DNA of 64,000 nucleotides from Spirochaetia bacterium. Its GTDB lineage: Bacteria; Spirochaetota; Spirochaetia; WTKD01; G963693115. The stretch covers positions 800,001 to 864,000 of the forward strand of contig CBDDCA010000006.1 of the NCBI GenBank assembly GCA_965226055.1. The letters are read 5' to 3'. Shown here piece by piece: positions 9,784 to 21,100 of this stretch. The translations under genes and the position numbers were made by a program. Every line of letters starts with the position of its first letter. The stretch's first letter is position 1. The notes under the pieces were generated by a model that had not been told where the DNA came from, searched no databases, and saw only the letters and a list, made by a program, of their open reading frames with translations.

Positions 9784-11190
9784 TTATTTTTCATCAATAG
9801 TTTCCTCTTTTACTTTCATTAAATGGGCAAGCAATGCACGAATACGAGGACGACATATTTTTCCTTGACAGTATCCCATGCTTGCACGGGTACGTCTTTT
9901 TATTGCATCTATAGATACAGGATAAGGAGCTCGTATCATTGCTTCGTGTATTGTTTGTTCTCTTACTTGTTCGCATTGACATACTATACGCTTGGGATCA
10001 CCCATACTAAGTTTCGCAAGTTGAGCTATTTCTTTTATAGGAAGAAATTCTTTCTCTATTTGTCGAGGAATGTATGCTTTACGAGTTGCTATAAAATCTG
10101 ATCGTAATGAGAGGGGAAGCAATGTGGCTATTTTTTGTATTACATATTGAGCGATAGCAGGAGCTGATGTTAGCCCTGGCGATTCTATGCCTAATAGATG
10201 TATGCAATTATGTTTACTACAATCTATTGTAAAATCTTTTATGGTGTCTAATGTAGGGCGTATACCTGCATAGGTACGTAATACCATTTTCATGTCAAGT
10301 GAAGGAAGAGTATGCTTTGCTGTTTCTTCAATGATTGCAAGTTTTTGTTCATCAGGAACAGTATCTTCTTTGCTTGTTGCTTCGTATGCATCAGGACCAA
10401 TAATCATGTTGCCATGATATGTTGGACTTACTAATACTCCTTTTCCTTTTTTTGTAGGAACTTGAAAGATCACATGGTTTACTGGATGATAGTCTCGTCT
10501 GAATACATAGTAATTTCCTTTTCTTGGTGTTATGGTATATGAACGAATACCAGTGAGGGCTGCTACAGTGTCAGAATATGCTCCTGCGGCATTGATAATG
10601 ATAGTTGCGTGATACTCGGTATCTTCGGTGCTGATAACCCATGTGTTATTGGGGCTTTGTGTGAGTGCTTGTACATTACTATGAAAGATACACTGTACTC
10701 CGTTTTTTATTGCATTTTCTGCCAATGCTAACGCTACCTCATAAGGCGACACTATTCCACTATGTTTGCAGTGTAAGGCTGCTTGTACCTCAGGATTAAG
10801 ATGAGGTTCTTTTTCTAAAATCTCTTTTTGAGAGATGATGCTAAGATCAGGGATCCCATTTTTAAGTCCATTTTGTTTTAGAGCATGTAATGCTTGCGTT
10901 TGTTCATCATTGAAAGCAAGTACGAGTGATCCGCATCTTTGGATGCCAAAGTTAAGTTCTTTGTTCCATTGTGTGTACTGCTGGTTTCCTTTGTATACAA
11001 AGAATGCTTTGTTTGTATTATGCGTGGCATCGTATCCTCCATGGAGAATGCCAGAATTTGCCTTAGTGCTGCCTAATCCAACATCATTGCCTTTTTCGAG
11101 TAATAGTATACTACAATCATAGCGAGAAAGTTCTCTTGCTATTGCACATCCTATAACTCCTGCACCGATGATGCAAATATCGTATGTCAT
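9784..11190 (-). CDS. FAD-dependent oxidoreductase (GlpA/LhgO-like glycerol-3-phosphate dehydrogenase) with C-terminal BFD-like [2Fe-2S] domain
   Basis: IIGAGVIG, KANSGILHGG, ESPGLTSAPA, CQCE...KRRTRASMGYCQGKIC; adjacent to glpK. Confidence 0.85.
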   Translation of the reverse strand: MTYDICIIGAGVIGCAIARELSRYDCSILLLEKGNDVGLGSTKANSGILHGGYDATHNTNKAFFVYKGNQQYTQWNKELNFGIQRCGSLVLAFNDEQTQALHALKQNGLKNGIPDLSIISQKEILEKEPHLNPEVQAALHCKHSGIVSPYEVALALAENAIKNGVQCIFHSNVQALTQSPNNTWVISTEDTEYHATIIINAAGAYSDTVAALTGIRSYTITPRKGNYYVFRRDYHPVNHVIFQVPTKKGKGVLVSPTYHGNMIIGPDAYEATSKEDTVPDEQKLAIIEETAKHTLPSLDMKMVLRTYAGIRPTLDTIKDFTIDCSKHNCIHLLGIESPGLTSAPAIAQYVIQKIATLLPLSLRSDFIATRKAYIPRQIEKEFLPIKEIAQLAKLSMGDPKRIVCQCEQVREQTIHEAMIRAPYPVSIDAIKRRTRASMGYCQGKICRPRIRALLAHLMKVKEETIDEK

Positions 11191-12989
11191 TTTTTGTGAG
11201 AGATTTGTATGCTTAATTCTTGAAGCTGTGCTGTTTCTACAGGGCTAGGGCTATTATCAAGAGGGGAGCTTCCTTGTGTATTTTTAGGAAATGCTATGGT
11301 ATCTCGGATAGAGTGTGCTCCTGTGATAATCATGAGTAATCTATCTAGGCCAGGAGCTATGCCTGCATGGGGAGGAGCTCCATATTGTAGTGCTTCAATG
11401 AAAAACCCAAATTTTTTATGTATTTCTTCTTGGGACATTCCTAATAGTTGAAATATTTTTTGTTGTAATTCATAGTCATGAATACGTACCGATCCAGACG
11501 CTAATTCTACTCCATTACATACTAAGTCATATAGCTCGCCTTTTACTGTAGCTGGATTGTCTACAATAGTGTCAAGATATTCTTGTTTAGGCATGGTAAA
11601 CATGTGGTGTGAAGCTGCCCATCGTTTGTTTGTTTCATCCCATTCAAATAACGGAAAATCTTCTACCCACAGAAACGAGAAATCATTTGCAGACTGCATA
11701 TTTGTTGTTGGTATATATCCAAGCGTATGAGCCATTTCGCGACGTATAGCTCCCAGTACAGTGCATGTTGTATGCCATGTGTCAGCAGCAAAGAACAGCA
11801 TATCGTTTGCTTCTAGTGCTAATGTTGACACTATTTTCTCTGTATGAGGAGCAAGAAATTTTGCAACTCCTCCTGTAAATCCTTCTGTGGCTGAGGTGTA
11901 TTTTGTCCAAGCAAGTCCTTTTGCTCCAAATTTTTTAGCAAGAGCTTCGAGAGCATCAATGTTTTTACGACTCATGAGTGAGGCTGCTTGTGGAATAACG
12001 AGACATTTTACAGTTCCTGTAGGGAGTTGTAATGCTGTCTTAAATACTCCAAAATCAATGGTGTTTGCAATATCGTGTATATCTTGTAAATGAAGTTGAT
12101 AGCGTGCATCGGGTTTATCGGTGCCATAAGTGTTCATAGCGTCAAGATAGCTTATACGCTGGAAGGAAGGCGGAAGATCAATATTGAGGATTTGCTGAAA
12201 CACATGACCAAATAGTCCTTCTACAAATGACAATACATCGTTTTTTGTAACAAAGCTCATTTCTATATCAAGCTGTGTATGTTCTGGCTGACGATCTCCA
12301 CGTAAATCTTCATCTCGAAAACAATGAGCAAACTGGTAGTATCTGTCAAATCCTGATATCATAAGAAGCTGTTTATATATTTGAGGGCTTTGTGCAAGTG
12401 CGTAAAATTTTCCTTGTTGCAATCGTGAAGGCACTAAAAAGTCTCTTGCTCCTTCAGGAGTAGAACATATAAGTGTAGGGGTTTCTATTTCAAGAAATGC
12501 ATGTGTGTTAAGATATTCACGGAATGATTGTGTTATGCTATGACGAAGCTGTATGTTCTTTTGCATCCATCCACTGCGAAGATCTAAGTAGCGATACTTA
12601 AGACGAGTGTCTTCATCGGCATTACTTTTTTCTTCTTCTATGGTGAAGACAGGAACATTGCTTTTTGAGAGTATTACTATGTTTGTTGGTCGTATTTCAA
12701 TTTCGCCTGTACTCAATTCAGGATTGATAGTATCGGTACTCCGTAATGTCACTTTTCCAGTGATGGCAACACAATACTCAGGATGGAGAGTGTTACTTAT
12801 TGTCTGGAGCTCTTGATTTGATTGTTCGTCAATGACTACTTGTACTATGCCAGTTCTATCGCGAATAATGAGAAACAGTAAACCTCCGTGGTTTCGTATG
12901 CTTTTTACCCATCCGTTTATGGTGATTGTTGACTGTGCGTGTTTTGCGTATATAAGCCCACAGTAAGTGGTACGTATAGGATAACTCAT
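11187..12989 (-). CDS. aspS: Aspartate--tRNA ligase
   Basis: RLKYRYLDLR, TPEGARDF, LAQSPQ, FRDEDLRGDRQPE, GAPPHAG, GLDRL. Confidence 0.97.
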   Translation of the reverse strand: MSYPIRTTYCGLIYAKHAQSTITINGWVKSIRNHGGLLFLIIRDRTGIVQVVIDEQSNQELQTISNTLHPEYCVAITGKVTLRSTDTINPELSTGEIEIRPTNIVILSKSNVPVFTIEEEKSNADEDTRLKYRYLDLRSGWMQKNIQLRHSITQSFREYLNTHAFLEIETPTLICSTPEGARDFLVPSRLQQGKFYALAQSPQIYKQLLMISGFDRYYQFAHCFRDEDLRGDRQPEHTQLDIEMSFVTKNDVLSFVEGLFGHVFQQILNIDLPPSFQRISYLDAMNTYGTDKPDARYQLHLQDIHDIANTIDFGVFKTALQLPTGTVKCLVIPQAASLMSRKNIDALEALAKKFGAKGLAWTKYTSATEGFTGGVAKFLAPHTEKIVSTLALEANDMLFFAADTWHTTCTVLGAIRREMAHTLGYIPTTNMQSANDFSFLWVEDFPLFEWDETNKRWAASHHMFTMPKQEYLDTIVDNPATVKGELYDLVCNGVELASGSVRIHDYELQQKIFQLLGMSQEEIHKKFGFFIEALQYGAPPHAGIAPGLDRLLMIITGAHSIRDTIAFPKNTQGSSPLDNSPSPVETAQLQELSIQISHKK

Positions 12990-13086
12990 GCTATTAGTGT
13001 AGCATAGAAAGCTATGTTAGAATGAGATGGAAGAAAGGAGCAATATATAGTGTGATACAATGAAAGCAGGACTACAATAAGGCGAT

Positions 13087-13701
13087 ATGGATAGTGATAA
13101 AATAAATGCTATTAGAATAAATATAGAAGACTTTACTAAAAATATGATTATCAAGTCTAACGAAAATCATAAGGCAGGAGAATTATTAGAAGAGAAAGAA
13201 TTATATGATGCTGCTATAAGTCGGTACTATTATTCAATATATCAGCGTATAAGGGTTTGTAATATTACTAAGAATGAATATAAAAGGTATGAAGAATTAA
13301 AAGAAAGATATGACAATCTTTTTTCTATTCTAATAAATGAATATGATCAATCTATAATAGATGCTATTATAGAATCAGATACAGATTATAAAGAATTAAA
13401 AAGCTTACTTTCCGATGATCATAAAAAATTCATTTCACACACAACAATGATTAAGACATTTATTGAGAATTGTAATAAATCTACTAAGAAGTATGATAAG
13501 GTGATTCATGGGATTTTAATTAAATTAAGACAGTACAGAAATATTGCTGATTATGCAGGATTGAAACGAGTTAATGATATTTTTGAGGAGTTGAAGAAAG
13601 AATATTGTATTGTTAGAGATATAATAAATGATTTAATGAAAGAAAATAGTATAATAAAAGAAATAGCAAAAAAATTAGGAGAAGAAAATGTATTCTACTA
13701 G
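13087..13701 (+). CDS. HEPN-domain protein (putative RNase toxin)
   Basis: AAISRYYYSIY, ISH and LRQYRNIADY motifs of UPF0332-like HEPN proteins. Confidence 0.7.
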   Translation: MDSDKINAIRINIEDFTKNMIIKSNENHKAGELLEEKELYDAAISRYYYSIYQRIRVCNITKNEYKRYEELKERYDNLFSILINEYDQSIIDAIIESDTDYKELKSLLSDDHKKFISHTTMIKTFIENCNKSTKKYDKVIHGILIKLRQYRNIADYAGLKRVNDIFEELKKEYCIVRDIINDLMKENSIIKEIAKKLGEENVFY

Positions 13702-14791
13702 AAAAAATTTAGAAGCAGCAAAAAACATAGTAGGAGTAATAAAAGATGCTATAAAAAGCAAAAAGATACCTTCTAAAAAGATTGAATATCCCATAGAGAT
13801 GGGAATAGAACGTTTAGAAGAGTATTCTGATGCAGGTGAATTGCAAAGATGGCAAAGTGTTGAGATATGGCATACATATCCTCATTTTTATGAAGATGAA
13901 ACATTTCAAACTGTTGTTGGGGAAGCTCTTGATGAATATGTATATAATGATGAGGATGATGATACTGTTGTATATTTTACCTATAAGAGGCAGAAAGTCG
14001 CAGATAGAGATGATAAATATTTTTCAAACATTTATCCAAGAACAAAGAAGAATATATATGTTAATATACATGAGAAGATAGATGAAAAATATAGAAAGGA
14101 AGTGCATTCAAAAGTATCACAAACAGAAGAATTTAAAAAATATAATGAAGAGGCTTTTGAGCAGTTTAAAAAACTATATACCTATGATTATTATAAGGAG
14201 AATTTTGACTATAATGAATTCTTAGAGAAAATAGTAGAAAAAGCAAAAGAAATACGGAAGAAAGAAAAAAAGCAAAATAATGATGTAGTAGAAAATATGC
14301 GTGAGTTTTTGCATAAGTATGGTATTTTTTTATTAATTGAGGAGAAACACGATATTCTTGATGGGATCTGTGGATATGTTGGTGAGAAAAAAATGCCTAC
14401 CATTATTCTTTATGTTGATATAGCTGATATTAAAAATTTGAGAAGATGCTTTTTTACTATCGCTCATGAATTGTATCATTTGCTTTATAGTGAAGGAGAA
14501 GATTTGGCAAATAAGTTTGCTGGTGCTTTCCTTGTTTCAGATGTTTTTGATACCTTAGAAGGAAAGTTGGATATTACAGATACAGACAAGATGAAAAAAT
14601 TATTAAAGAAATATCGCGAAGAGTTAGGAGTCTCTTTTGAATGTATCATCAACTCGCTTTTTGATAGTAAGAAAATAGGCAGTAAACAACAATCTGAGCT
14701 ACTTCGTTATAAGTGGAGATATATTGATAAAGGCGATATAGATTTAGGTGAAGAAGAAAAATGGATATATAATTCTTTGGGAATCAAGTAG
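13688..14791 (+). CDS. ImmA/IrrE (DUF955) metallopeptidase with unrecognised N-terminal domain
   Basis: RRCFFTIAHELYH (HExxH) followed by EDLANKFAGAFL; overlaps the HEPN stop by 14 nt. Confidence 0.75.
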   Translation: MYSTRKNLEAAKNIVGVIKDAIKSKKIPSKKIEYPIEMGIERLEEYSDAGELQRWQSVEIWHTYPHFYEDETFQTVVGEALDEYVYNDEDDDTVVYFTYKRQKVADRDDKYFSNIYPRTKKNIYVNIHEKIDEKYRKEVHSKVSQTEEFKKYNEEAFEQFKKLYTYDYYKENFDYNEFLEKIVEKAKEIRKKEKKQNNDVVENMREFLHKYGIFLLIEEKHDILDGICGYVGEKKMPTIILYVDIADIKNLRRCFFTIAHELYHLLYSEGEDLANKFAGAFLVSDVFDTLEGKLDITDTDKMKKLLKKYREELGVSFECIINSLFDSKKIGSKQQSELLRYKWRYIDKGDIDLGEEEKWIYNSLGIK

Positions 14792-14812
14792 AGCATCTCT
14801 CTCATACATACT

Positions 14813-16114
14813 CTACTTACTCTGTACATATCCTCCCATTTCATGTTCTAGTCCAAAGTCTTTACGGATGATAGAAAATATATAGTTTGCAGTATTGAGC
14901 TTTTCGGGGCTGTTATAGGGAAACCTATCTGATACATGGAGGAATGATTCTAATGCAGCAACTTTGTTGGAAAATGAGGCTGCATTTTTTATACGTGTTC
15001 GTATCGTACCAATACAGCTAAAGAATGCTATTAACAATAATGGGATAAGAATAATTTTTCCTAACAGAAGTGGCTGAGTAACTATGCTTCCTATTGAAGA
15101 AAGTTCACGAATAGAAAAATACGATTGAATAGTAAGAAGTGTTGCTATAGTAAAAAATACGAGTGATGAGCAAACAAGTATCACTTGTGGCAACGGCTTT
15201 TTGGATTGTTCTGCTAATTTTTGATACGATTTTGCTACGCCAGCTCCGTGGTTAATATGGAGGGCATGCCGTGCTTGTGCGGTAAGATACTGTAATTCTG
15301 ATCGGATGCTTTCTATCTCCTGTGCTATGGTACGAGTGGTACCTGCAAGATATGAGCTTTCATCTGCGTTTGTTTTGATTGTATCTGATAGTTCTTGTGT
15401 TTGTACTTCTTTGCTTTGTAGTTCTTTTATGCTCTTTTCTAGTTTTGTTTGTATTGTATTGGTAGAAGAGCTTATTGTCTGAATACGTTTTACTATTTCT
15501 TTTGCCATAGTTTCGTGATTGGTAAACTCTTTTTGTGTACTGGCAAGTTCTTTCATAAGTACATCAGCTTCATCTTTTAATTTTCTTGATTTTGTAAGAT
15601 TACTCTGTATTTCTTTTGCATCTTTTTTGAGTTCTTCACGAAGTTCTTCAAAATCAGTATGCTGTTCTGTATACTCTGCTATTTGACTTTTTAACTCAGA
15701 AATAATTTCAGTGGCTTTTATGTCAAAATGAGGGCCTATAGATTGTTTTAGTGATTCTAAGTGTTGAGGAATTGCATAAAGTATGGTACGCAGAGTATTC
15801 TGTCCTGTTGAAGTTTGAATTGGCTCAAATATTTCCGAAAGTTGTGCTACAATAGATTGAATAGTGTCTAGTTGAGTATATGAGTAGTATTTCTTAAAAT
15901 TACGTCCGTTATTGGCACAAAGACTTTTAATAAAAGTACTTATTTGTCTAAGATCTGTTATTATTTGTTTGGGACTATATTCTCCCACTACATTCCGTAA
16001 TGCTTGTTCTGGTTTGCTATAAGTGGTATCAATAAATTTTTGTAGTATAGTAAGTCTTCTTTTTCCAGTAATAGTAAGAATATGGTTTTTTATTGTCTGT
16101 GTAATAGTACTCAT
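14813..16114 (-). CDS. Hypothetical coiled-coil protein with two C-terminal transmembrane helices
   Basis: 433-aa ORF; long E/K/Q heptad-rich region then two hydrophobic segments. Confidence 0.7.
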   Translation of the reverse strand: MSTITQTIKNHILTITGKRRLTILQKFIDTTYSKPEQALRNVVGEYSPKQIITDLRQISTFIKSLCANNGRNFKKYYSYTQLDTIQSIVAQLSEIFEPIQTSTGQNTLRTILYAIPQHLESLKQSIGPHFDIKATEIISELKSQIAEYTEQHTDFEELREELKKDAKEIQSNLTKSRKLKDEADVLMKELASTQKEFTNHETMAKEIVKRIQTISSSTNTIQTKLEKSIKELQSKEVQTQELSDTIKTNADESSYLAGTTRTIAQEIESIRSELQYLTAQARHALHINHGAGVAKSYQKLAEQSKKPLPQVILVCSSLVFFTIATLLTIQSYFSIRELSSIGSIVTQPLLLGKIILIPLLLIAFFSCIGTIRTRIKNAASFSNKVAALESFLHVSDRFPYNSPEKLNTANYIFSIIRKDFGLEHEMGGYVQSK

Positions 16115-16155
16115 GTATACATATATTTCGGAAGAATATGCGATAAGTAAAGGAT

Positions 16156-17940
16156 TTAATGTATATTTTTTTCTTCTATATCTTTTGCTTTTTTCTGAAT
16201 AGCCTGTGCTATTTTACGTGATACAGAAAGGTTTTTTGAAAGCAATATAATATCGCTATTATATATTGATTTAAGTGTAGGGTAGAAAGTATTAATTTTT
16301 TGTATTGTTTTGTTTCCTACCCCTGTAATAGTGCTGAACTCAGATGCTACAAGTGATTTTGATTGTCGTTTTGCTCTTAATGTAGTTGCAAATCTATGTG
16401 CTTCGTTACGAATAAACTGTAATAATTTACTTGCTGGATGATGTTGAGGAAGTATGAGAGGCTTTGATTGGTGTGGAAAGTAAATTTCTTCATTTTTTTT
16501 GGCAAGTCCTATAATGGGAATACATAACCCTAATGCTTCTAATACTGCATCTGCACTATTTACTTGCCCAATACCACCGTCTATAAGAATAAGATCAGGG
16601 AAAGGCTGATTTTCATTTAATAATCGTGTATAACGGCGACTTATAACTTCGGAGATAGCATGAAAATCGTTCATAGTTCCTTCTTGTAGCGTTTTTATTG
16701 AGAAGCGTCTATACTGGTTACGCTCTGGTGCTCCATTTTTGAAACATACTAATGATGCCACAGTATGATATCCTGCATGGGTAGCAATATCAAAGCCTTC
16801 AATGTGCACAGGAAGAGAAGGCAAAGCAAGCTCTTCTTGTAATGCTAATAATCCTTCACTATCTCCTTTCTGTTGTAAGTTTTTATAGAGCTGTTGGTGA
16901 GAAATTTCCTTTGCCATTTGTATCATACTTCGTTCTTGTAAGCTCGTTGGAAGTAAGACAGTGATAGTGCTGTTTTTGTCAAAGTAGTGTTGTAAGGCAG
17001 AGCTTATGTGTTGTGAGAGTACGATAGCTTTTTTTTCAATAGTGTTTATGTAATGAGCCATTAAAAATTGTTCAAATATTTCATCTTGATTATCAAACAC
17101 ATTTATATGTACTGTTTTCTGATTGATAATGAGTTCATCTTTACATTCAATTAATGTTATACAACATTGATTATGGTACGAGTCAAAATTTATATAATCT
17201 CGAAATCCTTTGTTCAGTTTGAACTGAGAATACGATATTTTAGAGAGTGTTTTAAGCGATGTTTTGTATCTCTGAGCTTTTTCGAAAGCAAGGTTTTTTG
17301 CAGCTTCATTCATTTTTTTTTCTACTGATGTATACAGCTTTTGAGGTTTTCCTTTTAGCAATGTGCGTATAGAATGTATTCTTTTTTGATATTGAGCATG
17401 ATCTGTTTTGTTTGCACAGACGGCTGCACATCTTCCTAGGTGGTAATAAAAACATGGTTCTTTTCTCTGTCGTATCTTTCGACATTTGCGAAGAGGATAG
17501 GTTCGTTCAATAAAGTCAAGGTATATTTGTATGAGTTGTGCTTCGATATATGGGCCAAAGTATTCTGCATTGTCATTGACAATTTTGCGAGTACGTAAAA
17601 TACGAGGAAACTGTTCATTGGTGATTTTTATCATAGGGAAAGTTTTATCATCCTTTAACAAGATATTAAATTTTGGTTGATATTTTTTAATGAGATTGTG
17701 TTCTAATAGTAAGGCTTCATATTCTGTTTGTGTTTCTTGATACTCTATATCTGTTATTTGTTTCATCAATACATATACTTTGTTACTATTTTTATCACGA
17801 AAGTATGACTGTACTCGTTTTCGGAGTTCTTTTGCTTTTCCTACATAAATAATGTCAGCACTGGAATTTTTCATAAGATACACTCCAGGACAAAGAGGAA
17901 AAGTCGTGGCTAATTCTTTGAGAGATTCTTTTATATTCAT
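16156..17940 (-). CDS. uvrC: Excinuclease ABC subunit C
   Basis: PGVY...IYVGKAK (GIY-YIG), EALLLE, IEGFDI, DLILIDGG, RNEAHRFA, HhH tail. Confidence 0.96.
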   Translation of the reverse strand: MNIKESLKELATTFPLCPGVYLMKNSSADIIYVGKAKELRKRVQSYFRDKNSNKVYVLMKQITDIEYQETQTEYEALLLEHNLIKKYQPKFNILLKDDKTFPMIKITNEQFPRILRTRKIVNDNAEYFGPYIEAQLIQIYLDFIERTYPLRKCRKIRQRKEPCFYYHLGRCAAVCANKTDHAQYQKRIHSIRTLLKGKPQKLYTSVEKKMNEAAKNLAFEKAQRYKTSLKTLSKISYSQFKLNKGFRDYINFDSYHNQCCITLIECKDELIINQKTVHINVFDNQDEIFEQFLMAHYINTIEKKAIVLSQHISSALQHYFDKNSTITVLLPTSLQERSMIQMAKEISHQQLYKNLQQKGDSEGLLALQEELALPSLPVHIEGFDIATHAGYHTVASLVCFKNGAPERNQYRRFSIKTLQEGTMNDFHAISEVISRRYTRLLNENQPFPDLILIDGGIGQVNSADAVLEALGLCIPIIGLAKKNEEIYFPHQSKPLILPQHHPASKLLQFIRNEAHRFATTLRAKRQSKSLVASEFSTITGVGNKTIQKINTFYPTLKSIYNSDIILLSKNLSVSRKIAQAIQKKAKDIEEKNIH

Positions 17941-18030
17941 AAGAATATACTTACAGTATATCGTATGTGAGAAGATAATAAAGATATGAATTTTGTGTTT
18001 TTGCTATGCATTTTTGTGTAATCCAGTGTA

Positions 18031-18050
18031 TTTTTTTTTTTTTTTTTTTT
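18031..18050 (+). repeat. T20 homopolymer in the divergent uvrC / surface-lipoprotein intergenic region
   Basis: 20 consecutive T read directly. Confidence 0.9.
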
Positions 18051-18154
18051 AATTTTCAGATATAACACAAAAAATAGTTTTTTTGATATAATAAGACTTG
18101 TGTATTATGTATAGTATGATTATACAATAAATAGATAATTATAAGGAGAACATT

Positions 18155-21100
18155 ATGAAAAAAAGTAATGAAAAACTAAACCATCAGCTAAATGGTAAGC
18201 TGAACATATTTATAGTTGTTGCACTATTTTTAGTGCTAGCAATGACTACCCTCGTACTCGTAGGATGTGCAGAGAGTAGCAGTAGTTCCTCAGGCGGAGG
18301 GGGAAAACAGGTAACACCGACACTTGCATCAGTGTCCAATGTGCAGATACAAGCAGCAGGCAATGATGGGACACTCTCGTTACGCTGGGAAGCTCCCAGT
18401 GATGCTACGCATGTAGTCGTAAAAGCTACATCAACAACGCCAGCACAATCAATAGAAGTGCGTGTTCCTGCAATAGAATATCGTACATTGTTTCAACAAA
18501 ACAGACCTTATGTACTCAGAGGCTTACATGCCACTACCGATTATACTGTAGAGATAGAAGCCCAGAAGTCAAACTCAGGCTCAGATACAGAAGTATCACC
18601 AAAAACAACCCGCTCTGTGACAACATTGACAGATACAACGAAACCTCAAGATACCTTCAACAAGGTAGCAGTAGAATCAGCAACAAATGGCATAAAGATA
18701 ACATGGGACAAAGCACTGCTCTCGTCAGGCAAAACAGACATAGCAGAAGCCATAGTACAGGTGATAGAAAGCACCACTAATGTAAAAAAAGAAGTAACAG
18801 TACAAGATGTAACACAAGGAGAAGTAACTATTGCAGTGCCCACCATAGACGGCATAGCCTATGATGTAACAGTAGTGTACAAAGATAGCAATGGCAACGA
18901 AAGCACGGCAAAGCAAGCGCTCAGAGGCATAGTGCCATCAGCACTCTCACAGACAGTAACGCCACTTTCTGCATCAGACCTTACAGTAACAGCAAACGAT
19001 AAAAGCAATAGCCCAGCCGATGAAAGCCTGCTTATTACGTGGGGAAACTTTACCTTTACAGATAAAAATCTCCAAGTACGAGTGATAGCAACAGCAACAA
19101 ATACTCTCATAGCATACGAAACAGTGAGCAATAGCAGTACAGCCAAACTCAGTTCTGCAAGTGCAGACAACCAGGAGTACGCCACTGTATATGTAGCAAA
19201 GGACGGTATAGCACTCACAAAACTTTACGGCACGCTTACTTACAAAGTAGAAGTGTATGTCTCTAAAAATGGAAAGTACTCCACTGCAGTGTCAAAAGAA
19301 CAAGCAACAACAGACAAAAGCACAGAGCCTGTAAGCAATGTGAGTGCAGTAGGAGGAGCAGATAGCATAGTAGTAGGCTGGCAAGCCCCCGATGTAAGAG
19401 ACTATGCAGGAGTGACTATAACAGTAACGGAAAAAGACAGCACAACAACAACAGCAAAGACAGTAACAATAACAGAGAGAACACTAAGAAACACGCAGAT
19501 AACAGACCTCAAAGCCACTACCGAGTACAGCATAGCAGTACAGTCACAAGATTCCACAGGCAACAAAGGAACAAAAATAACAGCAACCACCACCACAGTA
19601 GATGATGGCACCGCCCCCGATGCAGTAACAAGCATACAAGCAAGCTATCCCTTTGTATCACCCACAAAGATAGGCACACAGATAACATGGACAGCCCCCG
19701 ATACAACAAAAGCAAAGAACAAAGACATAAAAGAGTACAGCATAAGCATAGCAGAAAAAGGCACAAGCACCACAGTACTAAGCGAGAAGAAAATACCCTA
19801 TCCCACAACATCACTCTCTGTAGAAGAACTTGTGCAAGGAAAAACATACACCATAACAATACAAGCAATAGATTACTCAGGAAACAAAAGCACACAAGCA
19901 ACAAAAGACATAACTACTCCGCAACCCACAGCTCCGTCAGAAGATCTTTTTCAAAACAAGCCTAGCTTAGACACAACAGGAGCAGTGCAGATCAAAGCAA
20001 CATTTAAGCAAGCTCCAGGCATAGGACGATACTATACCTTGCGTATGTACGATGGAGCTACACTGGTAGCAGAAAAAAGCATAACAGGAAGTGTAACAGC
20101 CATTACTTTTGGGATAGCAGATGGCGTAGAAGTACCTAAGGTACAAGCAAATGCCAAGAATTATCGCTTTACTTTTTTGACAATAGCAAATAACATAGTA
20201 AGTCCTGTAACTACTCTTGCCGATACTGTGGCAGTATATGATAGTACCTCGACAGCACCGCCCGCTCCCAAAGATGCAAAGCTCTCCGTAGAGTCAGTAA
20301 CACAAGTAACAGCAACAGCAGTCTATACATTTAGTGCAGGAGATATTACTGATACTAACAAAGCACCCAGTGGAAGCAAACTTACACAGGCACAAATACA
20401 GTACAAAGTATACATAGCAGAGGGAGATCACAGCACAAAAACACTAGAGGCAATAAAAGGCCTTGCAGGAGTACAAACACAGAATATAGCAGGAGACAGT
20501 ACCTTACAAGTAAGATTTATAGGAACGAAAGGAGCAGACTATACTGCAGGAGTAGAAGCAATAAACAGCCTCAATCCCTCGTATAGTACAGGAGCATCAG
20601 TAACAATAAAGAAAGCAACTCTTACTGCACCACCAAGCACACCAAAAGTAACAACCTACACTAACAGTAATGCAGTGGTATTTGCAGTGCCTACAACAGG
20701 AAGCAATAGAGGGAAAAAAGTCATAACAGTACAAGTAAATGCCTCAGACATAGCAGGAGTGAGCAAGGCAAATGGCAATGCCCTTGAAGCGACAGACCTT
20801 GCGTACTATGTGCTATACCTCAAGAAAGAAGATACCACAGGAAAGCCTGCCAGTGTATCGGCACTATGGGCAACAGAGAAAAGCAGTGTAAAGGTAGCAA
20901 AGTACACAAAAGCAACAGGAACAACTCAAGACACAATATCCATAGCAATAGTAGACAGCACCAGTGGAAGCAATGCAGGAGCAACGCCCATAGAAACAGC
21001 AAAAGATTACTACATAGGAGTGAGGATAGTAAACACGACATCTCCCAATTACGATGCATCCAATAGTAGCAAGCTCTTTCCTGCAGGCTTTTACACCGAT

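Noticed and set aside
16125-16155. Possible sigma28 promoter for ORF 14813-16114 (TTTA-N15-TCCGAAAT on the minus strand)
   Set aside because: Several mismatches to consensus in AT-rich DNA; read-through from uvrC is a simpler explanation
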